From IMG/VR virus record IMGVR_UViG_3300023278_000857, positions 1,398 to 65,397 of that record: a DNA stretch of 64,000 bases; one strand, written 5' to 3'. Source of the DNA: a virus. The position numbers and the translations under genes are program-made. Shown here piece by piece: positions 52,867-63,086 of this stretch (its first letter is position 1; each line of letters begins with the position of its first letter). Under the pieces are notes generated by a model. It had not been told where the DNA came from and did no database searches. It saw only the letters and a program-made list of their open reading frames with translations.

Positions 52867-53303
52867 ATAATCAAGCCTGGTACGAGTCACCTAGCAAGCG
52901 TTTAAGTATGTGGCGTGACTTCCGTAATGGCTTGGATAAAACAAACACACTTGAAGTAAGTAATACTGTTATGCACTGGTGGAAAAATGCCCCTTTGAGT
53001 AGTATAACTATTGATCCTGTTAATTCAGAACACTGGCCAACGCCTTGGGAAATGCTACACCAAGGCCACTTTTGTCAAAACAGCGTAGCGTTAGGCATGG
53101 CATATACTATCTATTATGCTAACCCAGACATACAAAATGAACTATTGTATGTAACATGTCTTGGTCAAAGTTTTCAACGGCTTTGTGCGTTAATCGACAA
53201 TAAACACTTGCTTAACTTTGATCATGGCCGTATAAGTACATTACCCACTGAAGATATATGTTCTGTTTCCTACAGAACTAAAATAAAAAATATAATAAAA
53301 TAA
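52851..53303 (+). CDS. Hypothetical protein
   Basis: 150 aa, WPTPWEML...FCQNSVAL. Confidence 0.6.
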   Translation: MEQQLNNQAWYESPSKRLSMWRDFRNGLDKTNTLEVSNTVMHWWKNAPLSSITIDPVNSEHWPTPWEMLHQGHFCQNSVALGMAYTIYYANPDIQNELLYVTCLGQSFQRLCALIDNKHLLNFDHGRISTLPTEDICSVSYRTKIKNIIK

Positions 53304-53362
53304 AAATAACTCACCGAACTAAGATGATTCGGCATTAGATATACTATAAGGACGAAAACAGT

Positions 53363-55663
53363 ATGAGCAATATTCAAGTAACAAAAAGAGATGGAAGTAA
53401 AGAGGCAATAGACCTTGAAAAGCTACATAAAGTAGCTTTTTATGCCTGTGAGGGTATTAACGGAGTTAGCCCTAGTCAAGTTGAGATGAAGAGTAACTTA
53501 CATTTTTACAATGGCATTACAACTGATGATATCCAAGAAACACTTATTAAAAGTGCTTCAGAGTTAATTGAAGAAGATGCTCCAAACTATCAATGGGTAG
53601 CAGGGCGCCTTATTGTGTATCATTTGCGCAAACAAGTATACGATAGCTTTGAACCTTGGCATATTTTAAAACTAATTAAACGTAATGTTGCGGACGGTTG
53701 GTATGACCCAGCGTTACTTAGTGAATACACTGACGCTGAGTGGGAAGATTTAAATCAATACATCAAACACGAACGTGATCAAGACTTTACATATGCTGCT
53801 ATGGAGCAGTGGCGTGGAAAGTATCTTGTACAAAATCGTGTTACAGGACAAAAACTAGAAACACCACAAATGGCATATATGCTAATTGCGGCAACATTAT
53901 TTGCTTCATATGATAAAGATACAAGATTAAAATGGGTTAAGGATTATTACGATGCCATTAGTACTTTCGATATTAGTTTACCTACTCCTGTTATGGCGGG
54001 CGTCCGTACTCCACAGAGACAATTTAGTTCGTGCGTTCTTATTGAAACTGGCGATAGCCTTGATAGCATTAACGCAACTACTAGTAGTATTGTCAAGTAC
54101 GTATCACAAAAAGCAGGAATTGGTATTGGAGCAGGAAGTATACGAGCTCTCGGCTCCCCTATACGTAAGGGTGACGCATATCATACCGGGGTCGTTCCTT
54201 TCTTTAAGATGTTCCAGTCTGCTACCAGATCATGTAGCCAAGGCGGCGTGCGAAATGGAGCAGCAACATTATATTACCCGATTTGGCATCTCGAAGCAGA
54301 AGATTTACTAGTTCTTAAAAACAATAAAGGTATTGAGGACAATCGTGTACGTCAAATGGATTATGGTGTACAGTTTAATAAACTAATGTATGAGCGTCTA
54401 ATTACTGGTGGAGATATTACTTTATTCTCACCTAGTGATGTACCAGGTCTATACGAAGCATTTTTTGCTGATCAAGACGAGTTCAAACGTCTATATGAAA
54501 CAGCAGAGCGTAATACTAGACTACGTAAGAAGACAGTACCAGCACTTGAATTGTTTAGTCACTTTATGGGCGAGCGCAAAGATACTGGACGCATTTATTT
54601 ACAAAACGTAGACCATTCAAACGAACACGGCAGTTTTAAACCTAATCTAGCACCAATTAAACAAAGCAACTTATGTTGTGAAATTAATCTACCCACCAAA
54701 CCACTTAATGACTTTAATGATCCAGAAGGTGAGATTGCCTTATGTACACTTAGCGCAGTCAACTGGGGGAATATTCGCAAGCCAAGTGACTTTATTCGTA
54801 TTGGTAAACTAGCAGTACGTGGACTTGATGCCTTACTCAGTTATCAGAACTATCCAGTAATTGCTGCTGAAATGGCAACCATGGGCAGACGCCCACTGGG
54901 TGTAGGTATTATTAACCTAGCATACTGGATGGCACGTAATAATATGACATACAGCGAGCCCAATCTAGAAATGATTGATGAGTATGCTGAAGCATGGAGT
55001 TATAGCTTAATTAAAGCAAGCGCAGACCTAGCACAAGAGCAAGGCGCATGTTTGTGGAATGACCAAACAAAGTATAGTGATGGTATCTTGCCTATTGACA
55101 CATATAAGAAAGATGTTGATGAACTAGTAGCACATAAAGAACGTATGCCATGGAAAGAACTAAGAAAACAATTAGCTGAAACTGGTATCCGTAATAGTAC
55201 ACTAATGGCCCTAATGCCAGCCGAAACATCAGCACAAATTAGTAATGCGACAAATGGCATTGAACCACCACGTAGTCTTGTTAGTATTAAACAATCAAAG
55301 CATGGTGTACTAAAACAAGTTGTGCCTGGTATCCATCATCTTAAGAACAAATATGAGCTACTATGGGATCAAACATCTCCAGAAGGTTACTTGAAAATTA
55401 TGGCAGTGTTACAGAAATATATTGATCAAGGCATTAGTGTTAATACAAGTTATAATCCACAGCACTTCCCAGATGAGAAGATTCCAATGAGTAGTATGCT
55501 ACAACACCTAATGATGTTCTACAAGTATGGCGGCAAACAGTTATACTATTTTAACACATATGACGGTGCGGGTGAAATAGATATTGACAAACTTGAACAA
55601 TCAAGTATAGTAGAAGATAATATAACAATTGATGACGAAGCATGTGAAAGCTGTGTACTTTAA
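53363..55663 (+). CDS. nrdA: Ribonucleotide reductase class Ia alpha subunit
   Basis: ATP cone VTKRDG, TPVMAG, SSCVL, SNLCCEI, MPAETSA, C-terminal CESC. Confidence 0.96.
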   Translation: MSNIQVTKRDGSKEAIDLEKLHKVAFYACEGINGVSPSQVEMKSNLHFYNGITTDDIQETLIKSASELIEEDAPNYQWVAGRLIVYHLRKQVYDSFEPWHILKLIKRNVADGWYDPALLSEYTDAEWEDLNQYIKHERDQDFTYAAMEQWRGKYLVQNRVTGQKLETPQMAYMLIAATLFASYDKDTRLKWVKDYYDAISTFDISLPTPVMAGVRTPQRQFSSCVLIETGDSLDSINATTSSIVKYVSQKAGIGIGAGSIRALGSPIRKGDAYHTGVVPFFKMFQSATRSCSQGGVRNGAATLYYPIWHLEAEDLLVLKNNKGIEDNRVRQMDYGVQFNKLMYERLITGGDITLFSPSDVPGLYEAFFADQDEFKRLYETAERNTRLRKKTVPALELFSHFMGERKDTGRIYLQNVDHSNEHGSFKPNLAPIKQSNLCCEINLPTKPLNDFNDPEGEIALCTLSAVNWGNIRKPSDFIRIGKLAVRGLDALLSYQNYPVIAAEMATMGRRPLGVGIINLAYWMARNNMTYSEPNLEMIDEYAEAWSYSLIKASADLAQEQGACLWNDQTKYSDGILPIDTYKKDVDELVAHKERMPWKELRKQLAETGIRNSTLMALMPAETSAQISNATNGIEPPRSLVSIKQSKHGVLKQVVPGIHHLKNKYELLWDQTSPEGYLKIMAVLQKYIDQGISVNTSYNPQHFPDEKIPMSSMLQHLMMFYKYGGKQLYYFNTYDGAGEIDIDKLEQSSIVEDNITIDDEACESCVL

Positions 55664-55682
55664 TAATAAAGAGAGAAAATAA

Positions 55683-56810
55683 ATGAGTGTTTTTGACGTA
55701 ACTAACAAAGGTAGCCAAACAAATAACTTGGCATTCCTTGATCCATCAGGTGGTGTAACAATTCAACGTTACGATACAATGAAGTATCCTAGCTTTGATA
55801 AGTTTACAGACAAACAACTGGGATTCTTCTGGCGTCCAGAAGAAGTTGACACATATCGTGACGGCAAAGACTTTAAATTACTAACAGATCATGAACAACA
55901 TATCTTTACAAGTAATCTTAAAAGACAAATCTTGTTAGACAGTGTACAAGGACGTGGTCCAGTAGAATCGTTTGGCAGTATTGTAAGTTTGCCAGAACTA
56001 GAGAACTGGATTATTACTTGGACATTTAGTGAAACAATTCACAGTCGTAGTTACACACATATTATTCGTAATGTGTATAATGACCCAAGTGTTATTTTCG
56101 ATCAACTTATGGATATTCCAGAGATTATTGAATGTGCTGGAGATATTTCCAAGTACTATGATGATTTAATTGAAGGTGCTGGTTGGTATAATCTATTAGG
56201 CGAAGGCACACATACTGTTAATGGCAAGAAGATTAAAGTTGATCTGTATGAGCTTAAAAAGAAACTTTGGTTAGCACTAATGAGTGTTAACATTCTTGAA
56301 GGTGTTCGTTTTTACGTATCATTTGCGTGTAGCTGGGCGTTTGCTGAACTTAAAAAGATGGAAGGCAATGCTAAAATTATTAAGTTTATTGCTCGTGATG
56401 AAAACCTACACTTGGGATCAACACAGTTATTACTTAAAACACTGAAAAAAGATGATCCAGTGTTTGAACAGATTGCTCGTGAAACAGAAGCTGAATGTAT
56501 TAAGATGTTTACTGATGCGGTAGACCAAGAAAAAGCATGGGCTGACTATTTGTTTAAAGATGGTAGTATGCTTGGCTTAAACAAAGAACTACTAAGTCAG
56601 TATATTGAACACATTGCTATGAAGCGTATGACAAATGCTGGACTACCTAAGATTTACACACAAACTAGTAACCCATTACCTTGGACACAAAAATGGATTG
56701 CTGGCGGAGATGTACAAGTAGCACCACAAGAAACAGAAATTACAAGTTATATTAATGGTGGTACAAAGCAAGATGTAAACGCAGATACATTCAAAGGATT
56801 TAGTTTATGA
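55683..56810 (+). CDS. nrdB: Ribonucleotide reductase class Ia beta subunit
   Basis: FFWRPEEV, LDSVQGR, ETIHSRSY, EGVRFY, RDENLH, VAPQETEI. Confidence 0.96.
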   Translation: MSVFDVTNKGSQTNNLAFLDPSGGVTIQRYDTMKYPSFDKFTDKQLGFFWRPEEVDTYRDGKDFKLLTDHEQHIFTSNLKRQILLDSVQGRGPVESFGSIVSLPELENWIITWTFSETIHSRSYTHIIRNVYNDPSVIFDQLMDIPEIIECAGDISKYYDDLIEGAGWYNLLGEGTHTVNGKKIKVDLYELKKKLWLALMSVNILEGVRFYVSFACSWAFAELKKMEGNAKIIKFIARDENLHLGSTQLLLKTLKKDDPVFEQIARETEAECIKMFTDAVDQEKAWADYLFKDGSMLGLNKELLSQYIEHIAMKRMTNAGLPKIYTQTSNPLPWTQKWIAGGDVQVAPQETEITSYINGGTKQDVNADTFKGFSL

Positions 56811-57085
56811 TTACAGTATACAGCAAAAACTTATGCGGGTACTGTGACATGGCTAAGGATTATTTAAAAAAGAACGGATTCGAATTTGAGGAGATCAATG
56901 TCGAGTCTGTTCCAGAAGCACGTGAGTTTCTAATTACAGAAGGTCACAGAACAATGCCACAAATTTATCATAATGGCAAATTATTAGTAGAAGGCGGCGG
57001 AATGGCGTTAGTAAGATTACAACCTCAAACTGTACGTGAACTCATAGGAGAAGTAGACTTAAATGTTAAAGATTTCAAACTTTAA
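56807..57085 (+). CDS. Glutaredoxin/NrdH-like redoxin
   Basis: CGYC active site, RTMPQI, follows nrdB. Confidence 0.88.
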   Translation: MITVYSKNLCGYCDMAKDYLKKNGFEFEEINVESVPEAREFLITEGHRTMPQIYHNGKLLVEGGGMALVRLQPQTVRELIGEVDLNVKDFKL

Positions 57086-57392
57086 AAAAGGCGATGTAAT
57101 GACTGTTAAATGTAGCACTGGTGAAGAAGTCGTTGCTAGATTTGATTCAGAAGATGAAAACGCACTTAACGTAATAAAGCCAACAGTGCTTACAATTAAT
57201 CCACAGGATGGCAAAGCAATGCTTATTCCTTGGATTATGAGTATTGATACAAAAAGCAATGATCCAGTGTTTATTGGTAAAGCGCAAGTTGTAGCAATTA
57301 CAAAAACTGAAAAGAACTTAGCTGACGGTTATATGAAAAGTACCACTGGTATTACAACAGCAACCACAGCAGAAAGCAATTTTCTTATTTAA
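57063..57392 (+). CDS. Sm-like/small beta-barrel hypothetical protein
   Basis: TVKCSTGEEVVARF...LIPWIM pattern. Confidence 0.55.
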   Translation: MLKISNFKKGDVMTVKCSTGEEVVARFDSEDENALNVIKPTVLTINPQDGKAMLIPWIMSIDTKSNDPVFIGKAQVVAITKTEKNLADGYMKSTTGITTATTAESNFLI

Positions 57393-57403
57393 TAAATACG
57401 TGT

Positions 57404-57703
57404 ATGAACTTTGTACACCGAAATAATGATAAACGACTATGTGGCGCATCAACTAGAGCTATAGTTAATAATGTCAGAGTAAACAACCAATTTATTAGTA
57501 CAGAGGGCGACCCCAACAGTCATGGTGGGGGCGCTCTTCAAGCTACTGCGACTAGTGGTAGAACTCGTGCTGGCGGTAAACCTATTATCATTTTAAATGA
57601 TCCCTCGTCAGCAGACAGCTATTGCGGACGACCAGGTTATGGTCCTGAACACTGTGGACCATCAGCGACAAGCGCAAGCGGCAATGTAAGAGCCGGAGGT
57701 TAA
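57404..57703 (+). CDS. PAAR-like spike tip protein (gp5.4-like)
   Basis: HRNNDKRLCGA, GDPNSHGGG, HCGP...SGNV; ATAAATA-N5-ATG. Confidence 0.7.
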   Translation: MNFVHRNNDKRLCGASTRAIVNNVRVNNQFISTEGDPNSHGGGALQATATSGRTRAGGKPIIILNDPSSADSYCGRPGYGPEHCGPSATSASGNVRAGG

Positions 57704-57704
57704 C

Positions 57705-60248
57705 ATGGCAGAATTTACTGATTTTAAAAATGGCTTACAAAACGCCAACGACTATCTTGATACTAGACATCATCTAAGTGGTACCACTGCTTTAGGTAAT
57801 AGTAATTTACGAGCAGTAGCACAAGCAGAGTACAGTTTTACATTACGTGAACTACTATGTGGCGTGCTAGGCGGCAACGGTATAAAACTTCCAAACATTC
57901 AGATTTGTATGAGCGCAAATATTAATGCGCTACTGGGTATACCAGCATTACAAGGAGAGTTATTTGATGCGTTATCACAACTAGATGGCGCAATGAACGA
58001 CTTTATGGATCACACTAAGTTAGATAGTATACTTGGACGTCTTAATGGAGTATTAGCAGAAGCACAAAACGTTGCTAATATGATTAACTTTTGTAGCGCA
58101 CCAGTAGATCCGATTGCTATTCCAAATATGTTGGAACGAGCAATGGGTAGTTTCCTTGGTGCTGGTAAAAACTTAATTGATCAAATTGGTAGCATCGTAC
58201 CTGGTCAAGTATGTGCTTGTATAGGCACAGGCGGCTTCAATGGTAACGTGTTTAACGGTGGCATACTAGGTAACATTGCTAATAATATTGATGCTATTAA
58301 TGCTGGGTCACTTGGACAAAGTGTAATTGACAGTATACGTGGAGATATTGAAGGTGTTGCTAGTGGTATTAAAAACTTAATTAGTTTTGAGAATAATATT
58401 AATGGATCATATAGTTTAGGCGGAAGCCAATTTGCTACTCCTGATCCAAATTGTAATAGTGGTGTTGGTGTTATGCATAACCCACAAAACGGCAGTATTG
58501 CTGGAAATGCTCGATTAGCCTCAAGTATGAAAGGGTTATATGACAAACTTGCTGGTTATCCAGTTACATATAGACCAGGAACTTCTCTTGGTGGATCAAA
58601 CGGCAATGTACCAATTAGCGCAAGTAACCTTGATCCGTCTGCGGCAGAACCAATTGAATACGAAAACATCTTTAAACTATTGTTTGATGATGATTTCTTA
58701 ACACTATTAGATCAAGCAGATGATCCACAGAGTAATGTAGACAATCAGATTCCAGTATACGATTATTGTGGTACAATCATTGGATATACTACACAAGTAG
58801 TACAACGAGAAGCAGATAAAAGTTTAGGCAGTGATCCAACAGTACCTAATAGCCCAGGCTATTTGGCAGGTGGATTAAGCACTAGTGAAGGAAATACAGC
58901 TACAGATAATCCAACAGTAGCAGGTGGTACTATTTCAGTACAAAGCGGTGGCGGTGCTAATGTTTATTTGGTTAATAGTGAAGCCGCACAGTTGGCACTA
59001 CAAACAAATACAAATGATTTGGTAGTAAGAACAGACATCTTAACTATATTTGCTCGCTTAGATACAGCTTCATTTAACTTTGGTACAATGGCAGACTATC
59101 AACAAAGTAGTGTAACATTTACCGCATTTGGAAAAAACGTTAACGAATTATCTGGTACAGGATTTGTAGCAAAAGATGGTACAGTTGCTATAGCAAGATC
59201 AATTAACGGTACTAATAATGAAATAACAGTTATTAATGGTAATGGTGCTGGCGGCAATCCTACTATTAGACTAGCTGATAATACAATTATACCAGGAAAC
59301 GCAAGTCTTACAATTCCAGATGGAGATACTGCTCAACGTCCAACTAGTCCACAACAAGGAATGGTGAGATACAATACTACTAACAACAATGTCGAAGCAT
59401 ATTTTAATGATACTGGATTATGGGAACCATTTGCTACTGCTAATGATTTACAAAATAATCAATTTAACATTATTAATATTGGCACAGGTGTTGAAGTTTA
59501 TAAACAACTTAATGGAACAAACCAACACGAATTTAGAAAAATTAATGCTAGTGGTGCTCTTAGTATTGTACAAAATACTAGTGATATTACTATTAGTGAT
59601 ACACTAACTGCTAGTAACTTAGGTACTGGAGCAGAGATATTTAAATCAAGAGTAACAAATGATTTACAATTCAGAAAACTAAAATCGTCTAATAACAGTG
59701 TAACGATTACTGAAAATGCTAATGATATTGATTTAACTGTACCAGGTGTAGGAAATACAACCCTAACAACTACTGACGCAACATCAACACCAGTATTGTT
59801 TAATGGATTAGCACTTAGTCCTGGTACTAACAAAACTTGGTTCTTTAAGATTTATGTTTTAGCTGGGCAGGCGACAACTAACCGAGCTTGGCAACTACAA
59901 GGTGTAGTACAAGATATTAACGATATAGATAGTTTTGTTGGCGCAGTTAGCCGTATAGACTATCAGCGTAACACTGGAGAGCTATCAATTAATCCTTGGA
60001 ACGCTACTACAGCATACTCAACTGGTAATCAAGTTGAACACGACTTAATTATATATCAAGCAAATGCTGATATTTCTGCTAACACACCAAGTTCTTATAC
60101 TACTCCTGATGTTAATAGTGATTGGACTGTTACAGACTCTGGCTGGAATGCTAGTGTTATTATTAATAGTGGATCCATGTCTATTAGAGTACGTGGAGAT
60201 ACAAGCACTGTAAACTGGAGTGTTAAACTAGAATACGTTGAATTATAA
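57705..60248 (+). CDS. Large baseplate/tail-associated protein with fibre repeats and a CBM5/12-like motif
   Basis: AQRPTSPQQGMVRYNTT fibre motif, repeated G.GAEIFK..V...LQFRKL units, PWNATTAYSTGNQVEHD..IYQA. Confidence 0.6.
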   Translation: MAEFTDFKNGLQNANDYLDTRHHLSGTTALGNSNLRAVAQAEYSFTLRELLCGVLGGNGIKLPNIQICMSANINALLGIPALQGELFDALSQLDGAMNDFMDHTKLDSILGRLNGVLAEAQNVANMINFCSAPVDPIAIPNMLERAMGSFLGAGKNLIDQIGSIVPGQVCACIGTGGFNGNVFNGGILGNIANNIDAINAGSLGQSVIDSIRGDIEGVASGIKNLISFENNINGSYSLGGSQFATPDPNCNSGVGVMHNPQNGSIAGNARLASSMKGLYDKLAGYPVTYRPGTSLGGSNGNVPISASNLDPSAAEPIEYENIFKLLFDDDFLTLLDQADDPQSNVDNQIPVYDYCGTIIGYTTQVVQREADKSLGSDPTVPNSPGYLAGGLSTSEGNTATDNPTVAGGTISVQSGGGANVYLVNSEAAQLALQTNTNDLVVRTDILTIFARLDTASFNFGTMADYQQSSVTFTAFGKNVNELSGTGFVAKDGTVAIARSINGTNNEITVINGNGAGGNPTIRLADNTIIPGNASLTIPDGDTAQRPTSPQQGMVRYNTTNNNVEAYFNDTGLWEPFATANDLQNNQFNIINIGTGVEVYKQLNGTNQHEFRKINASGALSIVQNTSDITISDTLTASNLGTGAEIFKSRVTNDLQFRKLKSSNNSVTITENANDIDLTVPGVGNTTLTTTDATSTPVLFNGLALSPGTNKTWFFKIYVLAGQATTNRAWQLQGVVQDINDIDSFVGAVSRIDYQRNTGELSINPWNATTAYSTGNQVEHDLIIYQANADISANTPSSYTTPDVNSDWTVTDSGWNASVIINSGSMSIRVRGDTSTVNWSVKLEYVEL

Positions 60249-60267
60249 ATAATACTGAAGAAAACAC

Positions 60268-60296
60268 TTGACAAATAAGTCGTTTTGCCGTATATT
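60268..60296 (+). promoter_or_regulatory. sigma70-like promoter with downstream operator-like GTAAGACGTCATGG (60317-60330)
   Basis: TTGACA-17bp-TATATT. Confidence 0.6.
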
Positions 60297-60357
60297 ATGT
60301 AAAGTAATAGGTTATGGTAAGACGTCATGGCAAACACTATAACTTAACCATAGGCAA

Positions 60358-60663
60358 ATGAAAGGCAAATTAATGAGATCGAAAGATACTGGAAACGGGC
60401 GCAAAATTATGGCAAAAGTCGAAGTACCCCTAGGGGTAGACGACATAACATTATACGCATTAAGATACCTCGATGAGATTGGCGATAACGATCCACGAGA
60501 AACTGTATTATCAAGCACAAAAAGAGAAATATTTGGATTTGCGAAAAGAGCATTGTTCTTATACGGCGCAAATGAACCAAAACACTATGTAACAAACAAA
60601 CTTAACGGACAAGTAAAAGTAGTTCGTAAGATTGTAGAATATAAATTTCCAGAGTGTGATTAA
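60358..60663 (+). CDS. Hypothetical protein
   Basis: 101 aa behind an early promoter. Confidence 0.6.
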   Translation: MKGKLMRSKDTGNGRKIMAKVEVPLGVDDITLYALRYLDEIGDNDPRETVLSSTKREIFGFAKRALFLYGANEPKHYVTNKLNGQVKVVRKIVEYKFPECD

Positions 60664-60896
60664 TGAGTAATGTAATAAACTTCAATCTAGAGAGAGCAAC
60701 TCGCAAAAGTGGATTGCATCGAGCAGAATGTAAACAAATGATTGAAGATGGATTTGATCCAATGAACCCAACTGATATTGAACACTACGGCGATTGGTTC
60801 AGTGTTGCGGCCAATATTGAAATGGAACATAATTGGACAGACGAAGAAATACAACGGTTATTAACTGACGTATTAGGGCAAGAACCTAAAAAATAA
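60663..60896 (+). CDS. Hypothetical protein
   Basis: Coupled 77-aa ORF. Confidence 0.6.
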   Translation: MSNVINFNLERATRKSGLHRAECKQMIEDGFDPMNPTDIEHYGDWFSVAANIEMEHNWTDEEIQRLLTDVLGQEPKK

Positions 60897-60913
60897 ATAT
60901 ATTAAACAAAGAA

Positions 60914-61456
60914 GTGGACCAACAGTTGAGCGATGTACTTGTATTAAATGCTGACGCACAACCGGTTAGTTTCCTGCCACTAAGTGTAGTGCAATGGAAG
61001 GAAGCAGTGATGTATATGTACCATGATAAATGTACAGTACTAGACTGGTATGATGATTGGGTAGTAAGATCTACAAATTGGGAAACCCGAGTGCCGGCTG
61101 TTATTATGCTAAAAAGTTTTATGCATAAAACCCGTAATCCACGATTTAGTAAAACTAATTTATATTTGCGAGATATGTATGAGTGTGGTTACTGTGGCAA
61201 GCGACACCCTAAAAATGATCTAACAATGGATCATGTCATGCCTATCAGCAAAGGCGGCAAAACAAACTGGACCAACACAATGACAGCATGTAAGCCGTGT
61301 AACTGGCGCAAGAGCGACAAAGTAGGGCCAGACTGGCGACCACTATATAAACCGTATGCTCCTGGTTATTATGAGCTAGTACGCAAACGTAAGCAACTGG
61401 ATTTTACAGTACGACATCCGAGCTGGTATCAGTGGCTTGATTTAGAAGATACTTAA
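60914..61456 (+). CDS. HNH endonuclease (McrA-like family)
   Basis: VLVLNAD, CGYCG, LTMDHVMPISKGG, N..TACKPCN. Confidence 0.85.
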   Translation: MDQQLSDVLVLNADAQPVSFLPLSVVQWKEAVMYMYHDKCTVLDWYDDWVVRSTNWETRVPAVIMLKSFMHKTRNPRFSKTNLYLRDMYECGYCGKRHPKNDLTMDHVMPISKGGKTNWTNTMTACKPCNWRKSDKVGPDWRPLYKPYAPGYYELVRKRKQLDFTVRHPSWYQWLDLEDT

Positions 61457-61463
61457 AAACTTC

Positions 61464-61492
61464 TTGACAACTTATAACATTTATGTTAATAT
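61464..61492 (+). promoter_or_regulatory. sigma70-like promoter
   Basis: TTGACA-17bp-TAATAT. Confidence 0.55.
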
Positions 61493-61559
61493 GGTGAAGT
61501 TGTGTGACTGTTCACACACCGGGAGACATAACCCGTAAAACCTAAAAGGAGATAAAAAT

Positions 61560-61790
61560 ATGGATATTCTTAAAAAGATTAAAGGATGGGCTGCTGGCCT
61601 AACAGACTTGGGACTTTCAATTGTAGCACTACTGCTAGTTGTTGAAGTACTAGGATTAGGAGCGATTCCGTTCTTCCCAGAAACAAGTGTAGTAGCAAAC
61701 GTATCAGCGATGCTAGGCACACTAAGCGCAGAAGGCCTAATGGGCTTGATTGCTATCTGGGTACTATATGCTATTTGGAATAGAAAATAG
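61560..61790 (+). CDS. Small membrane protein
   Basis: AGGAG RBS, two hydrophobic helices. Confidence 0.7.
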   Translation: MDILKKIKGWAAGLTDLGLSIVALLLVVEVLGLGAIPFFPETSVVANVSAMLGTLSAEGLMGLIAIWVLYAIWNRK

Positions 61791-61825
61791 ACAGGCTTTA
61801 ATTTAAAAAAAATTATAAGCTATTG

Positions 61826-61854
61826 AAAGCGAAGGATTTTTTCCTTCGCTTTTT
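61826..61854 (+). terminator. Terminator hairpin, possibly bidirectional
   Basis: AAAGCGAAGG/CCTTCGCTTT stem followed by a T-run. Confidence 0.65.
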
Positions 61855-61856
61855 GC

Positions 61857-61885
61857 TTGACTACCAATACGTCTTACTGTATATT
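61857..61885 (+). promoter_or_regulatory. sigma70-like promoter with palindromic operator variant
   Basis: TTGACT-ACCAATACGTCTTACTG-TATATT, near-identical to 26849. Confidence 0.7.
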
Positions 61886-61914
61886 GATGGTATAAGTTAA
61901 ACAAAGGATAGCAG

Positions 61915-62121
61915 ATGCATACGAAAAAAGAATACGCATTCACAACACAATCAGAAGCGCAAGAGTTTGCCAACAGATACTTAGGTCCATCTGGACGTCC
62001 AGATCGTGACACTTATGTAACTGGTCCATTTTACCGTGATGATGCTGTTACTTTTAAAGATATGCCAGGTGTTGAGTGTAGACCACCTTTTTGGTCAGTT
62101 GGCATAGAAATTTATTCATAA
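61915..62121 (+). CDS. Hypothetical early protein
   Basis: AAGGA RBS, 68 aa. Confidence 0.6.
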   Translation: MHTKKEYAFTTQSEAQEFANRYLGPSGRPDRDTYVTGPFYRDDAVTFKDMPGVECRPPFWSVGIEIYS

Positions 62122-62137
62122 AAATACCTTTTAGGGC

Positions 62138-62166
62138 TTGACACCAAGACGTATTGGTGCTATATT
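62138..62166 (+). promoter_or_regulatory. sigma70-like promoter with palindromic operator variant
   Basis: TTGACA-CCAAGACGTATTGGTGC-TATATT. Confidence 0.7.
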
Positions 62167-62196
62167 CGTAGTATGATAACAAACAAGGAAACAAAA

Positions 62197-62526
62197 ATGA
62201 TGCTAACAGGTTACACAGAAAAGAAAATTATCGAAAACTTTGCTGACGCATATATGGATGGAGATGTAGTTCGTTGGGTATCCAATGACCGTGTTCCATT
62301 TCTTGATATGGTAACTGACTTTGCAACATTAGGTTTGATTGAAGATTTTCAAATTGAGCTTTCAGAAAACACTCGCAAGATTGAACAGTCTGCATTTTTA
62401 AAAGAGTACATGTTTTCACAAGCTAACCGTTCAGAAGAAGAAAAGAACGAAGAGCGTATGATGGCTCAAGCAGCTTTTGGTCCAGATACTAAAGTTGTTA
62501 ACGTAATTACAGGAGAAGTTATATAA
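62197..62526 (+). CDS. Hypothetical early protein
   Basis: AAGGA RBS favours start 62197 over 62173. Confidence 0.6.
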   Translation: MMLTGYTEKKIIENFADAYMDGDVVRWVSNDRVPFLDMVTDFATLGLIEDFQIELSENTRKIEQSAFLKEYMFSQANRSEEEKNEERMMAQAAFGPDTKVVNVITGEVI

Positions 62527-62780
62527 TGACTATTGAATCAGAACTGCCAATTGATGTACTTAATAAGATCGATAATATATATGATACTGTACATGGTGGC
62601 CCATATGATCGTGGTGGCGCTGACAGTTATTATGGTCGAGCGTTTAATCCACATTACTGGCCCGAAGGTACACACAAAGGTGCTCGTGTTGAAATGAAAG
62701 ATATGACGCCACTAGAAATTACTGCTTATACCAAAGGCTTTAATGATAATGAAGCTGATGGTGCTTTTAAAGAATGGTAA
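62526..62780 (+). CDS. Hypothetical early protein
   Basis: HGGPYDRGGADSYYGR motif, coupled. Confidence 0.65.
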   Translation: MTIESELPIDVLNKIDNIYDTVHGGPYDRGGADSYYGRAFNPHYWPEGTHKGARVEMKDMTPLEITAYTKGFNDNEADGAFKEW

Positions 62781-62787
62781 TTAACAC

Positions 62788-62816
62788 TTGACAAAAGTGG
62801 TTATTATCTATATATT
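62788..62816 (+). promoter_or_regulatory. sigma70-like promoter
   Basis: TTGACA-17bp-TATATT. Confidence 0.6.
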
Positions 62817-62838
62817 ATTTAAGTAAGGAGTGTTTATT

Positions 62839-63063
62839 ATGGCCACATTTGAAATTGAAACAATTGAATACAACAAACACGGAAGTGTTAAAAAAGAGTT
62901 CGAATTATTTGGTAGTAAAAAAGAAGCTATCAATCATATGAGAAAGAAAATTAAAGATCGTCACGGCTTACTCCAACGAGGTGAAGTTAAAGACGGCGAA
63001 GTTAAACTTCTCGATGATCGAGGAACTGTCCGACAGGAAATTAAATTTGGACAGATTATATAA
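62839..63063 (+). CDS. Hypothetical protein
   Basis: AAGGAG RBS before ATG62839. Confidence 0.6.
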   Translation: MATFEIETIEYNKHGSVKKEFELFGSKKEAINHMRKKIKDRHGLLQRGEVKDGEVKLLDDRGTVRQEIKFGQII

Positions 63064-63086
63064 TCTCTACAAAAATTGAGGCAATA

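Noticed and set aside
20717-56810. Inteins or group I introns in terminase, UvsX, helicases and NrdAB
   Set aside because: All are uninterrupted and of normal length with no intein junction motifs
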